Notes: generated by a model from the sequence alone, not told the origin. A DNA stretch of 60,561 bases from an uncultured virus (IMG/VR IMGVR_UViG_3300043449_002525) (IMGVR_UViG_3300043449_002525); one strand, 5' to 3'; positions 35,664-45,700 are shown, counted from the stretch's first letter. Made by a program: numbers and translations.

Positions 35664-35883
35664 CGGCTGGTACGACGACGAGCAAAAGACAGCTTACATC
35701 CAGGTGGGTCGCACTGTCTTCATGGTGACAGCTGAGGAATTCATGGATTTCTTCGATCTAATCGGAGAATTGCAGCAGGACATGCTGGAGGATCCAGAGC
35801 TTGAATTGGGAACAGTCACCGACGAAGATGGCAATGAGTACCAAGAATTTGTAATTAAGAAGAAAGACGAAGAATATAGCTAA
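35656..35883 (+). CDS. Acidic hypothetical protein
   Basis: Likely start MFSGWYDD at 35656. Confidence 0.65.
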   Translation: MFSGWYDDEQKTAYIQVGRTVFMVTAEEFMDFFDLIGELQQDMLEDPELELGTVTDEDGNEYQEFVIKKKDEEYS

Positions 35884-35896
35884 AGGAGAAACACAC

Positions 35897-36112
35897 ATGA
35901 CCAAAGAAATCGTTCAAGAGCTCATCGAGAAGATCACAACCATCGACAACGAGATCAAGCTTCTTCAGGAAGATCGCAAGACGCTTCTTGAGGATTACAA
36001 GGACAAGCTCGACATCAAGGCATTCAAGGCAGCAGTTCGCATCATCAAGCTGCGTGAGAATGTCGACAACGGTGAGCTTGATAACATCCTCGGAGTTCTG
36101 GACAACAACTAA
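35897..36112 (+). CDS. GapR/DUF2312- or T4 DsbA-like small DNA-binding protein
   Basis: ELIEKITTIDNEIKLLQEDRK...DIKAFKAAVRIIK; SD AAGGAG. Confidence 0.6.
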   Translation: MTKEIVQELIEKITTIDNEIKLLQEDRKTLLEDYKDKLDIKAFKAAVRIIKLRENVDNGELDNILGVLDNN

Positions 36113-36615
36113 TGGACAACACTATCTCTGTGACACAGACAGGCTACAATCGCGTTAGCAAGCAGATCAACGATCTGAAGCGCGAACACACACAGCTCAA
36201 TGCAGACATTGCTGCTGCACTTGAGGGCAAGAGCTCTGAGGAGAATGATGAGTTCCTGCTTGCGAAGCAGCGCCAGCACCAGATCGAGACAAGCATCACA
36301 AAGCTGAGTGCGCTGCTGGAGAACTTTGAAGTCGTCGAGACGATCGACTTCACAGGGCGGGCAGATTTTGGCACAGTTGTGACAGTGCGCAATCTCGACA
36401 CTGACGTTGAGAAGACATACACGCTCCTCAGTGAGTATGACTCGAACGCAAAGGCAGGCATCATTTCAACTGCCTCCCCGATCGGTGCAGGACTGCTTGG
36501 TCGTCGCGCAGGCGACTCAGTTGAGATCGAGATGCCTAACGGATCTGTCATCCCATTCGAGGTGCTCAGTGTCGGTGTCAGCAGCTTTGTCACTCGTTCG
36601 CAGCCAGACGCGTAG
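36112..36615 (+). CDS. greA: GreA/GreB-family transcription elongation factor
   Basis: TQTGY coiled coil, EENDEF tip, FGTVV, ISTASPIGAGLLG, EMPNG. Confidence 0.85.
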   Translation: MDNTISVTQTGYNRVSKQINDLKREHTQLNADIAAALEGKSSEENDEFLLAKQRQHQIETSITKLSALLENFEVVETIDFTGRADFGTVVTVRNLDTDVEKTYTLLSEYDSNAKAGIISTASPIGAGLLGRRAGDSVEIEMPNGSVIPFEVLSVGVSSFVTRSQPDA

Positions 36616-37138
36616 GCAGAGATACGACCAGAAGAAGGAGACGGCGCAGCGGAGCAACATCTCTGTCTGCGCCGTTAACTTTGGATGTGATGAAAATTTA
36701 GGTTATCTGATCAGAGCAGCAGCGTGCTTCGGTGTTGACACAGTTCACGTGATTGGAAATGTTCCAGAGCGCAAGCATCTCGTGCCGGTGTCAGGTAGCC
36801 TGATAGATTACGTCACAATCGTGCAGCACAGTAACCCCCACAACTTTCTCGAGATGATGCGACAGCAAAATGTGTCTGTCGTCTCAGCAGAATTAACTGA
36901 CATTGCTGTCTCTGTTCACGACTACGAGTTTGACGCAGAGCGTGCTGTCTGCATCGCTGTGGGCAATGAGCACAGCGGTGTTCCCTCTGAGATCCTGCAC
37001 AACAGCGACGTCGTCTACATTCCAATGCCCGGTGTTGGGTTCTGCTTGAACACTGCACAGACCGCCAATATAATGCTCTTCGAGTTCAACCGCCAACAAA
37101 ATGTGAGGAAGGCAAGTGAACATCTTTGTGCTGGATAA
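36587..37138 (+). CDS. SpoU/TrmH family RNA 2'-O-methyltransferase (start approximate)
   Basis: NLGYLIRAAACFG, VGNEHSGV, IPMPG..CLNTA SPOUT motifs. Confidence 0.85.
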   Translation: MSLVRSQTRRQRYDQKKETAQRSNISVCAVNFGCDENLGYLIRAAACFGVDTVHVIGNVPERKHLVPVSGSLIDYVTIVQHSNPHNFLEMMRQQNVSVVSAELTDIAVSVHDYEFDAERAVCIAVGNEHSGVPSEILHNSDVVYIPMPGVGFCLNTAQTANIMLFEFNRQQNVRKASEHLCAG

Positions 37139-37694
37139 GGATCCCCGGCATGCCGCTGAGTATCACTGCGACAAGCATGCAGTAAAGATGATACTAGAGA
37201 GTGCGCAAATGCTGTGCACAGCGCACTGGCTCGGATGGGCCCGCATGCTTAAGGCACCACCCATGAAGAAGAAAGATCTCCAGCAGTGGCTCTACAAGAA
37301 CGTACCCAAGGATCTTCAGCCACCCTGGAAGATGACGCATGTCAATCACCCCTGCACTCAGTGGACACAGTATGTGTGGGGCAACTACTTCTGGCACAGT
37401 CGTCTGGGCCTGGCACTCTGTGATGTCTACACTGAGCGCTATGGAAAGGTGCACAAGTCACATGAAGTGCACCGCTGGCTGAATCGACACATCCCGCCCA
37501 CATTCGAGGCAACTGTAGAGAACCCGGTCGGTACGACGCAGTTTGCTGTCTGCATGCCCGATGAGTGTAAAGTGCCTGACGACCCTGTTGAATCGTACCG
37601 CAGCTACTATCGCATGCACAAGGTAAAAATGGCTCGATGGGCCCACAGCGAAAAACCCGTCTGGTTTAACCAGATTAAGCAGGAGACACTTTGA
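37116..37694 (+). CDS. Pyrimidine-dimer DNA glycosylase (DenV-like) family protein
   Basis: MNIFVLD, HCDKH.VKMILESAQML, HVNHP, AVCMPD, YRSYY. Confidence 0.75.
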   Translation: MNIFVLDKDPRHAAEYHCDKHAVKMILESAQMLCTAHWLGWARMLKAPPMKKKDLQQWLYKNVPKDLQPPWKMTHVNHPCTQWTQYVWGNYFWHSRLGLALCDVYTERYGKVHKSHEVHRWLNRHIPPTFEATVENPVGTTQFAVCMPDECKVPDDPVESYRSYYRMHKVKMARWAHSEKPVWFNQIKQETL

Positions 37695-39328
37695 GCACAA
37701 TTAATGTAGATACATGGGTCGAGTACTTCCCGTTCAAGGCGCCTCGCGCAGAGCAGGTCGACGCGATTAATTTCATCCTCCGATCATTTCTCGAGGACGG
37801 AAAGCGCTTTGTCATTGCGGATCTAGGCACCGGTGTGGGTAAGTCGGCGATCGCGGTGACAGTCGCGAGATACCTGAATGCTCATTCACCACCATCTTCA
37901 CCGGACGAAGCAGCTCCCGGCGCGTGGTTCATGACGACCCAGAAGATCCTCCAGGAGCAGTACTGCGAGGATTTCGGCGCCCCATTGGGTGCCATGCGGT
38001 CAATCCGCTCTGCAACCAACTACACCTGCGACTTCCTCAAGAAGCATAACTGCAGTGAGGGCCAGCAGATGCTCCGCGGTGCAGACAAGAGCTCAAAGTT
38101 CTGGAAGGCGTGCATGTTCACCTGCCGCTACAAGCAGGAGCGAAAGGCCTTCCTTGAAGCACCCGAGTCGGTGACCAACTTCTCCTACGCACTGACAGCA
38201 GCGAATTACGGCGACAAGATCCTAAAGCGGAACTTGCTCGTCCTCGACGAGTGTCACAACACAGAGACAGAGCTGGCAAAGTTCATTGAGATCTCAATCT
38301 CTGAGAAGGCAGCGAGTGCCGTAGGGCTTGACTGGCCCGACTTGAGCACATACTTACAGACTGTGAAGTGGATCCGTGACACGTATGTTCCCACTTCACG
38401 CGGTGTCCTTCGAGACATGGAAGCCGATCTTGAGCAGTTCAAGGAGCTCGAGGGGCAGTCGAAGGAGTACGCTGACATGGCACGGCGCTACGAGATCCTC
38501 AACGGTCACATCCAGAAGGTGGAGACGTTCCTCCAGCTGCAAGATCCCGACAACTGGGTGTTTGAGAACCTCCCGTCAGTCGGCAAGAACACTGCTAAGA
38601 TCACCTTCAAGCCGATCGACATCTCACCCTTTGCTGAGCAGTATCTCTTCAGGCTGGGTAAGCGTGTCCTCCTGATGTCCGCGACTGTGATCAACTGTGA
38701 CATCTACGCTGAGTCGCTGGGGTTACCCAAGGATCAGTACACTGCGATCTCGAAGCCCACACCCTTTCCAGTCGAGAACCGACCCATCTACTTCTCACCC
38801 GTCGGGCTGATGAGCGCTGATCACATTGACGCATCGCTACCCAAGCTCGCGGAGGCTGTGAAGGAGATCCTGAAGGAGCACAAGGGACAGAAGGGCATCA
38901 TCCACTCCCACAGCTACAAGATCACCAACTTCCTCCGCAAGAACATCCGTGATAAGCGCCTCATCTTCCACGACGCTGATGACCGCGAGGAAGCACTCCG
39001 GAAGCACATGTCGTCGACCACAGCAACGGTCCTCGTCTCACCCAGTATGGCTGAGGGCGTCGACCTACGCGATGACCTATCACGCTTCCAGATCATCATG
39101 AAGGTACCCTACCCATCGCTAGGTGACAAGCTGGTGAAGAAGCGGATGCACCGCTGGTCGTGGTGGTACCCGATGCAGACGATCAAGACGATCGTGCAGG
39201 CCGTGGGACGCTCAATTAGAAATGAAAAGGATCAGGCGGTCACGTATATTTTAGATGCTGACTGGCAGCGCTTCTACAACAAGAACAGCAACATCTTTCC
39301 AGATAGCTTCAAGCAAGCTCTCAAGTGA
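37691..39328 (+). CDS. DinG/XPD-like SF2 helicase
   Basis: GTGVGKS, LDECH, MSAT, EGVDL, QAVGRSIR; Cys cluster. Confidence 0.9.
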   Translation: MSTINVDTWVEYFPFKAPRAEQVDAINFILRSFLEDGKRFVIADLGTGVGKSAIAVTVARYLNAHSPPSSPDEAAPGAWFMTTQKILQEQYCEDFGAPLGAMRSIRSATNYTCDFLKKHNCSEGQQMLRGADKSSKFWKACMFTCRYKQERKAFLEAPESVTNFSYALTAANYGDKILKRNLLVLDECHNTETELAKFIEISISEKAASAVGLDWPDLSTYLQTVKWIRDTYVPTSRGVLRDMEADLEQFKELEGQSKEYADMARRYEILNGHIQKVETFLQLQDPDNWVFENLPSVGKNTAKITFKPIDISPFAEQYLFRLGKRVLLMSATVINCDIYAESLGLPKDQYTAISKPTPFPVENRPIYFSPVGLMSADHIDASLPKLAEAVKEILKEHKGQKGIIHSHSYKITNFLRKNIRDKRLIFHDADDREEALRKHMSSTTATVLVSPSMAEGVDLRDDLSRFQIIMKVPYPSLGDKLVKKRMHRWSWWYPMQTIKTIVQAVGRSIRNEKDQAVTYILDADWQRFYNKNSNIFPDSFKQALK

Positions 39329-39334
39329 CATCCA

Positions 39335-39508
39335 ATGTTTGCACCTGTATTTCACGCAATTTTAGCAGCTTTGAACGTCTTTCTTGTAATCTTCAACTAT
39401 CGTTCAGAAGATTATCTTGACGCAGGAGTGCACGTCTTGTTCGTGATCAACTTCTTCATCATGTTCTTAATAACGATAGGAGAGGCCAGAGATGGATCTG
39501 CAGATTGA
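39335..39508 (+). CDS. Small two-helix membrane protein (57 aa), not in ORF track
   Basis: MFAPVFHAILAALNVFLVIF...VHVLFVINFFIMFLITIG; fills the gap between neighbours. Confidence 0.5.
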   Translation: MFAPVFHAILAALNVFLVIFNYRSEDYLDAGVHVLFVINFFIMFLITIGEARDGSAD

Positions 39509-39998
39509 CAGCTGGTGCAGCGGTAGCGGTACAACCTCCGACTGGTTGGGTGTGCTCGATGACGTGAAGCAGTCGATCCTGCAGGGCTGTAGGATCTTTG
39601 TGGGTGCAGACAGCGTCAAGGAGCAGAAAGATTGCACGTTTGTAGTGACTGTCTGCATATACAATCCCGGCGCAGGAGGTAGATATTACTTCAAGCGCTT
39701 TAAGCAGCCTACCAAGATCTTCCCGTCGCTTCGTGCGCGGATATTTCAAGAAGCTGCTGAGGCGATTGAGGTCACTCTGAAGTTGCTGCAAGAGATACCA
39801 GATGCGCCTGTTGAGATCCACCTCGACGTCAACCGGGACAAGAGGCATGAGACAGGCACTTTCAGTGAGCAGGTGGTCGGCTACGCAAAGTCGATCGGCG
39901 TCGACTGTAAGATCAAACCCGACTCCTGGGCCTCATCTGACATTGCAGATAAACACACCCGCCACAGATATAATAAGAGACAAACAGAGAAAAGGTGA
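39492..39998 (+). CDS. RNase H-like YkuK (DUF458) family protein
   Basis: IFVGADS, GGRY, RIFQEA, EIHLDVN, IKPDSWASS.IAD. Confidence 0.8.
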   Translation: MDLQIDSWCSGSGTTSDWLGVLDDVKQSILQGCRIFVGADSVKEQKDCTFVVTVCIYNPGAGGRYYFKRFKQPTKIFPSLRARIFQEAAEAIEVTLKLLQEIPDAPVEIHLDVNRDKRHETGTFSEQVVGYAKSIGVDCKIKPDSWASSDIADKHTRHRYNKRQTEKR

Positions 39999-40002
39999 CA
40001 CA

Positions 40003-40197
40003 ATGATGAACAAGTATGACATGGCCGACATCATCCTAAGTGAGCCCCTTCTTGGGGGAAAGAAGATGGATCCTAAAGCTGTCCTGCTCGACATGATCGA
40101 AGCACTCGACGATCGTGCGGCCGAGAGAGCACTCCGATCAGTTGCGAAGACGTGGGGCATCTCTCTCTCAGCCGAGCGCGACCGCAATGACGACTGA
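40003..40197 (+). CDS. Small hypothetical protein
   Basis: SD AAGGTG before ATG 40003. Confidence 0.6.
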   Translation: MMNKYDMADIILSEPLLGGKKMDPKAVLLDMIEALDDRAAERALRSVAKTWGISLSAERDRNDD

Positions 40198-40459
40198 AGC
40201 GCCCCCAAAGACGAAGATCTTCCGCAAGAAGAAGGGCAGCGACGAGGATGTCATTGCCAAGATGACCAAACACCTGCAGAAGAAGTTTCCCAAGCGGGAG
40301 ATCGAGGTGAAGATCACGTCAGACGACGGTGGACGGCTCATCGAGGTTCACATCAATGAAGCCAAACTCTCAAGGTCAGTGCGTGAATTTCTGCCCCTCA
40401 ACTGGGAAGGTTGGCGCACGGTAGTGATAAATAGATATGCAGCATCAGGTGCAGAATGA
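40187..40459 (+). CDS. Hypothetical protein
   Basis: Likely start MTTEAPP at 40187. Confidence 0.6.
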   Translation: MTTEAPPKTKIFRKKKGSDEDVIAKMTKHLQKKFPKREIEVKITSDDGGRLIEVHINEAKLSRSVREFLPLNWEGWRTVVINRYAASGAE

Positions 40460-40653
40460 TTAAGAGCGGTGATAGAGTATACCCATACTACAACATGGGC
40501 CAGAAGGGACGCGTCGTTCGCGTCCAGCGGTCAAACGTGACAGCGAACGCAGTGGGTGGTACACTCGCTGCTGAGTTTCTTGCTGAGATCCTCCTCGATG
40601 ATGGGCAGACAGTCGTCGTCCACCGAGTGCAGGACCTGATGAGGGAGGAGTGA
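40456..40653 (+). CDS. Small SH3/KOW-like protein
   Basis: IKSGDRV...GRVV...DLM. Confidence 0.6.
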   Translation: MIKSGDRVYPYYNMGQKGRVVRVQRSNVTANAVGGTLAAEFLAEILLDDGQTVVVHRVQDLMREE

Positions 40654-40654
40654 G

Positions 40655-43600
40655 ATGAAGACGAAAGTTACGTTGTCTGAGCAGGAACTTCGACGCCTAA
40701 TCCGCGCATCTCTGCTCGAGCAAGATGGAGATGCGCCTGCAGAGATTAACATTTTTAGTGTAATCGACGCCGACGCCGTGATAGGCGGCGATGCTGTTGC
40801 AAAAGCTCTGAAAGAGCTAAATGAGCAGTTAGGCGGGCTCGAGGTGGGCGAAGCAAAATACACGGGAAGGCAGTATGCAGACTTTATCTCGAAAGCAGCC
40901 CGCACTTTAGGCGTCGTCTCGGGCGTCGGAGATTGGAATGATAGTGATCCCGCTCAATCCCAGTTTGAGCTCGTCAGTGCATACTACAAGCTTGCGTTGA
41001 TCCTCCTTCTAGAGAGAGAAGATCTCACGGTCGGGCCGCTGGCTGTTGAAGGTTCAAAGAGCCTTGAGTTTGTTCCATACATCAAGGTGGACAGCGACCC
41101 TAGCTTCTACGTCTCTGAGGAAAATGTAGAGAAAGATCCGAAGCTAGTTGATTTAATCAATTTCATTCGGACTGAGCTGTTCAGCGGCGCGCCCCCCGTC
41201 ACCTATAAATCTAAAGAATTCTTTAACAAACTATCAGATCCTACGTTTTTGCAACAAATTAAGGAAGCGAAGTTTTCAACGTCTAAACAGCACCCTGATG
41301 TAGCCTTTAAATCTTTCTTGGGTGATAAACAGGCAGAAATTTTATCGGAGCGGATGGTGGCCAATTTAAATAGCGGCCTTGCTCCCCTCAAGGAGACGTG
41401 GGCAAAGTTGAATACGGGAACGTATGAAAACTTCTTTGCCATCCCAGTCAACATGCCAAATATCTGGTACGCCATCCGGGAACCGGCTAGCCCGCTCTAC
41501 ACTCCCTGGCGTGAAGCCTGGGTTGTGTGTAACATGATCAATAAGGGGCTTGCCCTTCCTCAAGGACCTGCAGCGCTAGCTGCGATGCTCTACAAGACAT
41601 ACAATAGTGGGTTGTCTGCACAGAGCGGTTTTTATCGCCCTGAAGAGGCAGCATCCACAGCACTGAGCACGCAGGCGCTCAACGAGTCAAGGCGCATACT
41701 GGTCACGCACAAAGAGCTCCGCCGCATCATCACTGCTGCGTTACATGAGTATGCTACTCGGCCGCAGCAGGCAATCAGTGAAGGTGCGCTAGATGTGATG
41801 AGCACTGCCTGGAAGGGCTTCAAGGGGATCTTCTCGGGACGTGACGAGGCTAAGGTCGCGATGCAGGGCGCTTATGATCTGTTGAAAGTTACAGGTCAAG
41901 AAAATGCCCTGCAAGTTGCGTTGAAAGCGCTTGATGACGTGGCCAGGACATTTAACCCAGACGACTTGCAAGCAATCAGAGCAATGCTCGATGGGGGAAT
42001 AGCGGCAGGTAAAAAAATCCTCGACGACGCATCAACTTACGCCCCCAATGCACTCACAGAGCCTGGTACCATTGATCAAATCAAAGCTCGCCCGTGCATT
42101 GCTGACCTTGTCGGCCTCGCACCGAATACTGATCCTCGGTCTGCTGAAGTTGCAAGACAGCTCTTGAATGACGGGGCGAGGCTGGCTCTCGCGCAGAGCG
42201 TGGGTGATGTGAATAAAGTTGCAAATATTGCAAAGAAGATGTCTGACCTCTTTATGAAGCTAGACGATACGCAGAAAGGCATTGTGAGAACTCTGATCGG
42301 TCAAGCAACACCCAAGACAGGATTTTTCAAGTTGCCTGCTGAATTTGAGCCATTTGTGGTAAGACGTCTCAGTGATGATATAGATGAAGCCTCTGCGAAG
42401 GCGAAGTGGAAAGAAATTGAGCCTAAAATTGTGGATGGGTTCAATGCGTTGGGGTCGAGTGTTGCAGTTAACTCAGTGCAAATCGCAGGTGAATTTGCAA
42501 AAAATCCACTCATTGCCAAGAGAGCTGCTTCTGAGGGCGCACAAGCTCTTACAGGCAGACGTGTCTTGGATGTTCTCGGTGGTAAATACCGACCTGAACA
42601 GTCGAAACTTGCCGGCAAAATATCACACTTGCTTTACGGCGCTGATCGCTATGTCGTGTCTATGCCGTCAAGACTTGCCGCGAACAAGATGGCTGATCTA
42701 TTCCAGAGTTCACCTCGAATTGCAGGCGCCTTTGAGTGGCTAGCATCGAACAATGTGGTGAGAGCAATCCTTGTTAAACAGCTTGTAGCTCTGGGGCTCG
42801 GGGCTGCGGTTGCGAATGTGGGTGCCACGGGCATCAGCTGGGAGGACAACACAGCGCTATTTCTTGTAGAGCGACTATCTGATAATAATCCACTCTCGGC
42901 ATCGCTTGCTGAAGTGCTCCTTGCAGCAGCAAGCGAAGCTATTCCTGATACTTCACCCGAATTTCTCGATGAAGAATTTACTAACGCGCTAATGCAAGAT
43001 CCACAGGTTATTGCAGACATTCTAGAGGGTGCTGTAGAACATCTTGAGAGTGGAATTAATATAGCACCTGGATCATTCCCAGAGCTGCAAGAGGGCGCAA
43101 AAGCTATCGACGTTGATGCTTTAGGAACGCTTTCATCTCTAACAAAGTACTTCAACTACAGTGGTGAGAGGCGTCGCCAGGCAGCACTTGATGCACTGCA
43201 AAAGGCGGAACAATTAACTAGTGCCGTTGAGGCATCAAAAGCTGTCGACACAACACCTAGCCAGAGATTAGATGCACTTAGCGCTAAGTTGAAGGGTACA
43301 ACAGAAGCAACTAAGCAAAATGTGAAGTTAGCTGTTCAATCTGTTCAAGGATCATACGCTTATAGCGCACCGCCTAATGCAGCTGATCTGACGAAAGATT
43401 ACGTCAAAAATCTACCGCAAAATTCTTTCAGCGGCATAGGATTATTTGCAGCTGCTCGTGGTGCTGATGAGCTCAAGATGCTCAACATCTTATTAGACGA
43501 AGAGCTTACACTTTTACCCGATGCTCAGCTGTTTGCATCAATTGCTGCAGTTGAAGTCGCACAGACAGGTAAAACTACGCCTCCTCCAGCACCCACAGCT

Positions 43601-43720
43601 GATGATATTAAGATGGTGCAAGCACTTAAGCGCTTGAGTGCCGCAATAAGCGATCAAAGCAAACCTAACAGAGTTGAAGATGCATCTGCGCCAGACGACA
43701 CGGCAGCATCTACTCCCTAG
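40655..43720 (+). CDS. Very large hypothetical protein, probable internal virion/ejection protein
   Basis: 1021 aa; two LRR(L/I)I motifs; hydrophobic segment near residue 710. Confidence 0.65.
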   Translation: MKTKVTLSEQELRRLIRASLLEQDGDAPAEINIFSVIDADAVIGGDAVAKALKELNEQLGGLEVGEAKYTGRQYADFISKAARTLGVVSGVGDWNDSDPAQSQFELVSAYYKLALILLLEREDLTVGPLAVEGSKSLEFVPYIKVDSDPSFYVSEENVEKDPKLVDLINFIRTELFSGAPPVTYKSKEFFNKLSDPTFLQQIKEAKFSTSKQHPDVAFKSFLGDKQAEILSERMVANLNSGLAPLKETWAKLNTGTYENFFAIPVNMPNIWYAIREPASPLYTPWREAWVVCNMINKGLALPQGPAALAAMLYKTYNSGLSAQSGFYRPEEAASTALSTQALNESRRILVTHKELRRIITAALHEYATRPQQAISEGALDVMSTAWKGFKGIFSGRDEAKVAMQGAYDLLKVTGQENALQVALKALDDVARTFNPDDLQAIRAMLDGGIAAGKKILDDASTYAPNALTEPGTIDQIKARPCIADLVGLAPNTDPRSAEVARQLLNDGARLALAQSVGDVNKVANIAKKMSDLFMKLDDTQKGIVRTLIGQATPKTGFFKLPAEFEPFVVRRLSDDIDEASAKAKWKEIEPKIVDGFNALGSSVAVNSVQIAGEFAKNPLIAKRAASEGAQALTGRRVLDVLGGKYRPEQSKLAGKISHLLYGADRYVVSMPSRLAANKMADLFQSSPRIAGAFEWLASNNVVRAILVKQLVALGLGAAVANVGATGISWEDNTALFLVERLSDNNPLSASLAEVLLAAASEAIPDTSPEFLDEEFTNALMQDPQVIADILEGAVEHLESGINIAPGSFPELQEGAKAIDVDALGTLSSLTKYFNYSGERRRQAALDALQKAEQLTSAVEASKAVDTTPSQRLDALSAKLKGTTEATKQNVKLAVQSVQGSYAYSAPPNAADLTKDYVKNLPQNSFSGIGLFAAARGADELKMLNILLDEELTLLPDAQLFASIAAVEVAQTGKTTPPPAPTADDIKMVQALKRLSAAISDQSKPNRVEDASAPDDTAASTP

Positions 43721-43989
43721 TGTTGTCCTACCACGTCTACATCATAACCTGCGCTGATGGTTCGCTCTACACCGGCATCACAACCGATGTAGAGCGACGT
43801 CTCCATGAGCACAATTGCACATCCCGAGGTGCAAAATACACTCGATCTCGTCGCCCTGTGACGCTCGCCGCGTCATGGCCTGCAACCGATCGATCGTCTG
43901 CTCTCCGTGAAGAGGCAAGGATCAAGCGCTTGACAAGAAAAGAGAAGCTGCACTTGATAGATACATTTGTCAGAGAGAAGCAGAGTTGA
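43720..43989 (+). CDS. GIY-YIG nuclease (UPF0213/YhbQ-like)
   Basis: VYI..CADGSLYTGIT..RRLHEHN..GAKYTR..E.RIK. Confidence 0.9.
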   Translation: MLSYHVYIITCADGSLYTGITTDVERRLHEHNCTSRGAKYTRSRRPVTLAASWPATDRSSALREEARIKRLTRKEKLHLIDTFVREKQS

Positions 43990-44309
43990 AAAAAGTTTAC
44001 GATGGGCCCACGCTGCCCCTGTGGACGCGGGTCGATGTTGAAACCTACAGCGGTGTGAAAGTGCGCTGCGAGATTGTGGAAGTTCGCAGGCTAGGATCTT
44101 GCGCAGCATACACTGTCAAGCCGAAGGAAGACAGAGAAGCCGAGCTGCGTCGTGCAGGTGTGCCAAGAGGCGACTGGACATCAACTTTCACCGCATTCGA
44201 CTGGCAGGTGAAGGCCGTCCAACCCACTGTGAATATTGAGCAGCCAACACAATCATCGAACAATGTGACTAGAAAACCGCGCAAAGATGGGAGATACGTA
44301 TCTACATGA
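43986..44309 (+). CDS. Hypothetical protein
   Basis: 107-aa ORF with TTGA coupling. Confidence 0.55.
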   Translation: MKKVYDGPTLPLWTRVDVETYSGVKVRCEIVEVRRLGSCAAYTVKPKEDREAELRRAGVPRGDWTSTFTAFDWQVKAVQPTVNIEQPTQSSNNVTRKPRKDGRYVST

Positions 44310-44845
44310 TGCACGACACACCACGTATGACAGGTCAGGGCTTCGTCGTCATGGACATCTACGGTCCAGAGACAGACGGCAAGCTCTACAACTACATGTT
44401 CTCGCAGATCTGCTACATGAGAGCGATCCACCTCTGGTTCCATGGGGCACACCACGTCACCCGCGGCTCTTCCTTCTCAGGTGATCACTCCTTCCTCTAT
44501 GACAAGATCTACACAGGTGTGGATGAAGCGATCGACGGCGTGATCGAGAAGGCTATTGGCCTTTGCGGAGCAGACATCGCATGCCCCAGTCACATTGCGA
44601 CTGGGGCAGCGCAGGTGATCTGCGCTTACCCATCTCCCAACAAGCTGAACTCTGCTGGCATCGCCGCTGCAGGGATGGCGATCATCAAGGATTTCATCGA
44701 GTTCCTCGAGTGCATGAAGAGTGAGCTTGATGAGTGTGGCTCAATGACACTGGGCCTTGAGGATCAGATCGGGGGCATCGCCAACGACCACGAGGGATAC
44801 TACTATCTGCTCAAGCAGCGGGCTTGTGACGACCTCGCTGGTTGA
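44306..44845 (+). CDS. Dps/ferritin-like protein
   Basis: HGAHHVTRGSSFSGDH.FLYDKIY...IDGVIEK; C-terminal HE.YYYLL. Confidence 0.75.
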   Translation: MMHDTPRMTGQGFVVMDIYGPETDGKLYNYMFSQICYMRAIHLWFHGAHHVTRGSSFSGDHSFLYDKIYTGVDEAIDGVIEKAIGLCGADIACPSHIATGAAQVICAYPSPNKLNSAGIAAAGMAIIKDFIEFLECMKSELDECGSMTLGLEDQIGGIANDHEGYYYLLKQRACDDLAG

Positions 44846-44880
44846 TGTAAACATAGATGGGTGCTTTGTATGATGCTTCT

Positions 44881-45357
44881 ATGAAGCACATCTATAAAGA
44901 TCCCTATGATCTTATCAAGCACCACGATGTAAAGGGCTGTGTGGTCACTAGCGGTGGATTTGATCCGATGCATGTTGGTCACCTTCGCTGCCTGCAGGAG
45001 AGCGCAATCATCGCATCAGCTCACAGCCTTCCTCTCGTCGTGATCGTTAACGGTGACGGTTTCCTCCAGCGCAAGAAGGGTTTTGCGTTCATGCCACATG
45101 AGGAGCGGATGGAGATCATCGCTGGTGTCCGTGGCGTCGACTACGTTGTCGGCTGGGATGACGGCAGTCAGACAGTGACCGGTGCCCTGGGCGTCCTCCA
45201 CCCACTGATCTTCACCAAGGGCGGTGATCGAGACAGCGCACAGAACGTGCCTGAGTTCATCCTGTGTCAGGAGATCGGCTGTCACGTCTACTTCGGCATC
45301 GGCGGCGGTAAGATCCAGTCGTCATCTGATCTAGTCAAAGCTGTGAGGGGAGGCTGA
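44881..45357 (+). CDS. Cytidylyltransferase-like nucleotidyltransferase (TagD/RfaE type)
   Basis: SGGFDPMHVGH (HxGH), ERMEII, KGGDR, KIQSSS; leaderless start 6 nt after TATGAT (44869-44874). Confidence 0.85.
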   Translation: MKHIYKDPYDLIKHHDVKGCVVTSGGFDPMHVGHLRCLQESAIIASAHSLPLVVIVNGDGFLQRKKGFAFMPHEERMEIIAGVRGVDYVVGWDDGSQTVTGALGVLHPLIFTKGGDRDSAQNVPEFILCQEIGCHVYFGIGGGKIQSSSDLVKAVRGG

Positions 45358-45358
45358 G

Positions 45359-45700
45359 ATGCGCCTTGTGAAGAAGCCCTGGGGTCACGAGGAGATCTGG
45401 GCGGAGACAGACAAGTACTGTGGCAAGGTTCTATACATCCAGGCAGGACACAGGCTAAGCCTGCAGTACCACGAGAAGAAGATGGAGACGATTCGTGTCA
45501 TGCAGGGGACGCTGCATCTCACGCTCCAGGAGAAGAACGGCATCATCTTTGACAAGAAGCTGCAAGCTGGTGAGTCGTTTCACGTTGCTCCGCTGACTGT
45601 CCATCGTTTCGGTGCAGGTGAGCACGACGTTGTGATCGTTGAGGTATCCACAACAGAACTTGATGATGTCGTCAGGCTCCAAGATGACTACGCACGGTGA
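45359..45700 (+). CDS. Cupin (mannose-6-phosphate isomerase type II C-terminal-like)
   Basis: KPWG.E, LSLQYHEKKME, HRF, EVST..DDVVRLQDDY. Confidence 0.85.
   Translation: MRLVKKPWGHEEIWAETDKYCGKVLYIQAGHRLSLQYHEKKMETIRVMQGTLHLTLQEKNGIIFDKKLQAGESFHVAPLTVHRFGAGEHDVVIVEVSTTELDDVVRLQDDYAR

Noticed and set aside
43720..43989. GIY-YIG gene as a mobile homing endonuclease or intron
   Set aside because: It is the short stand-alone UPF0213-type domain with no DNA-binding tail and does not interrupt a gene.
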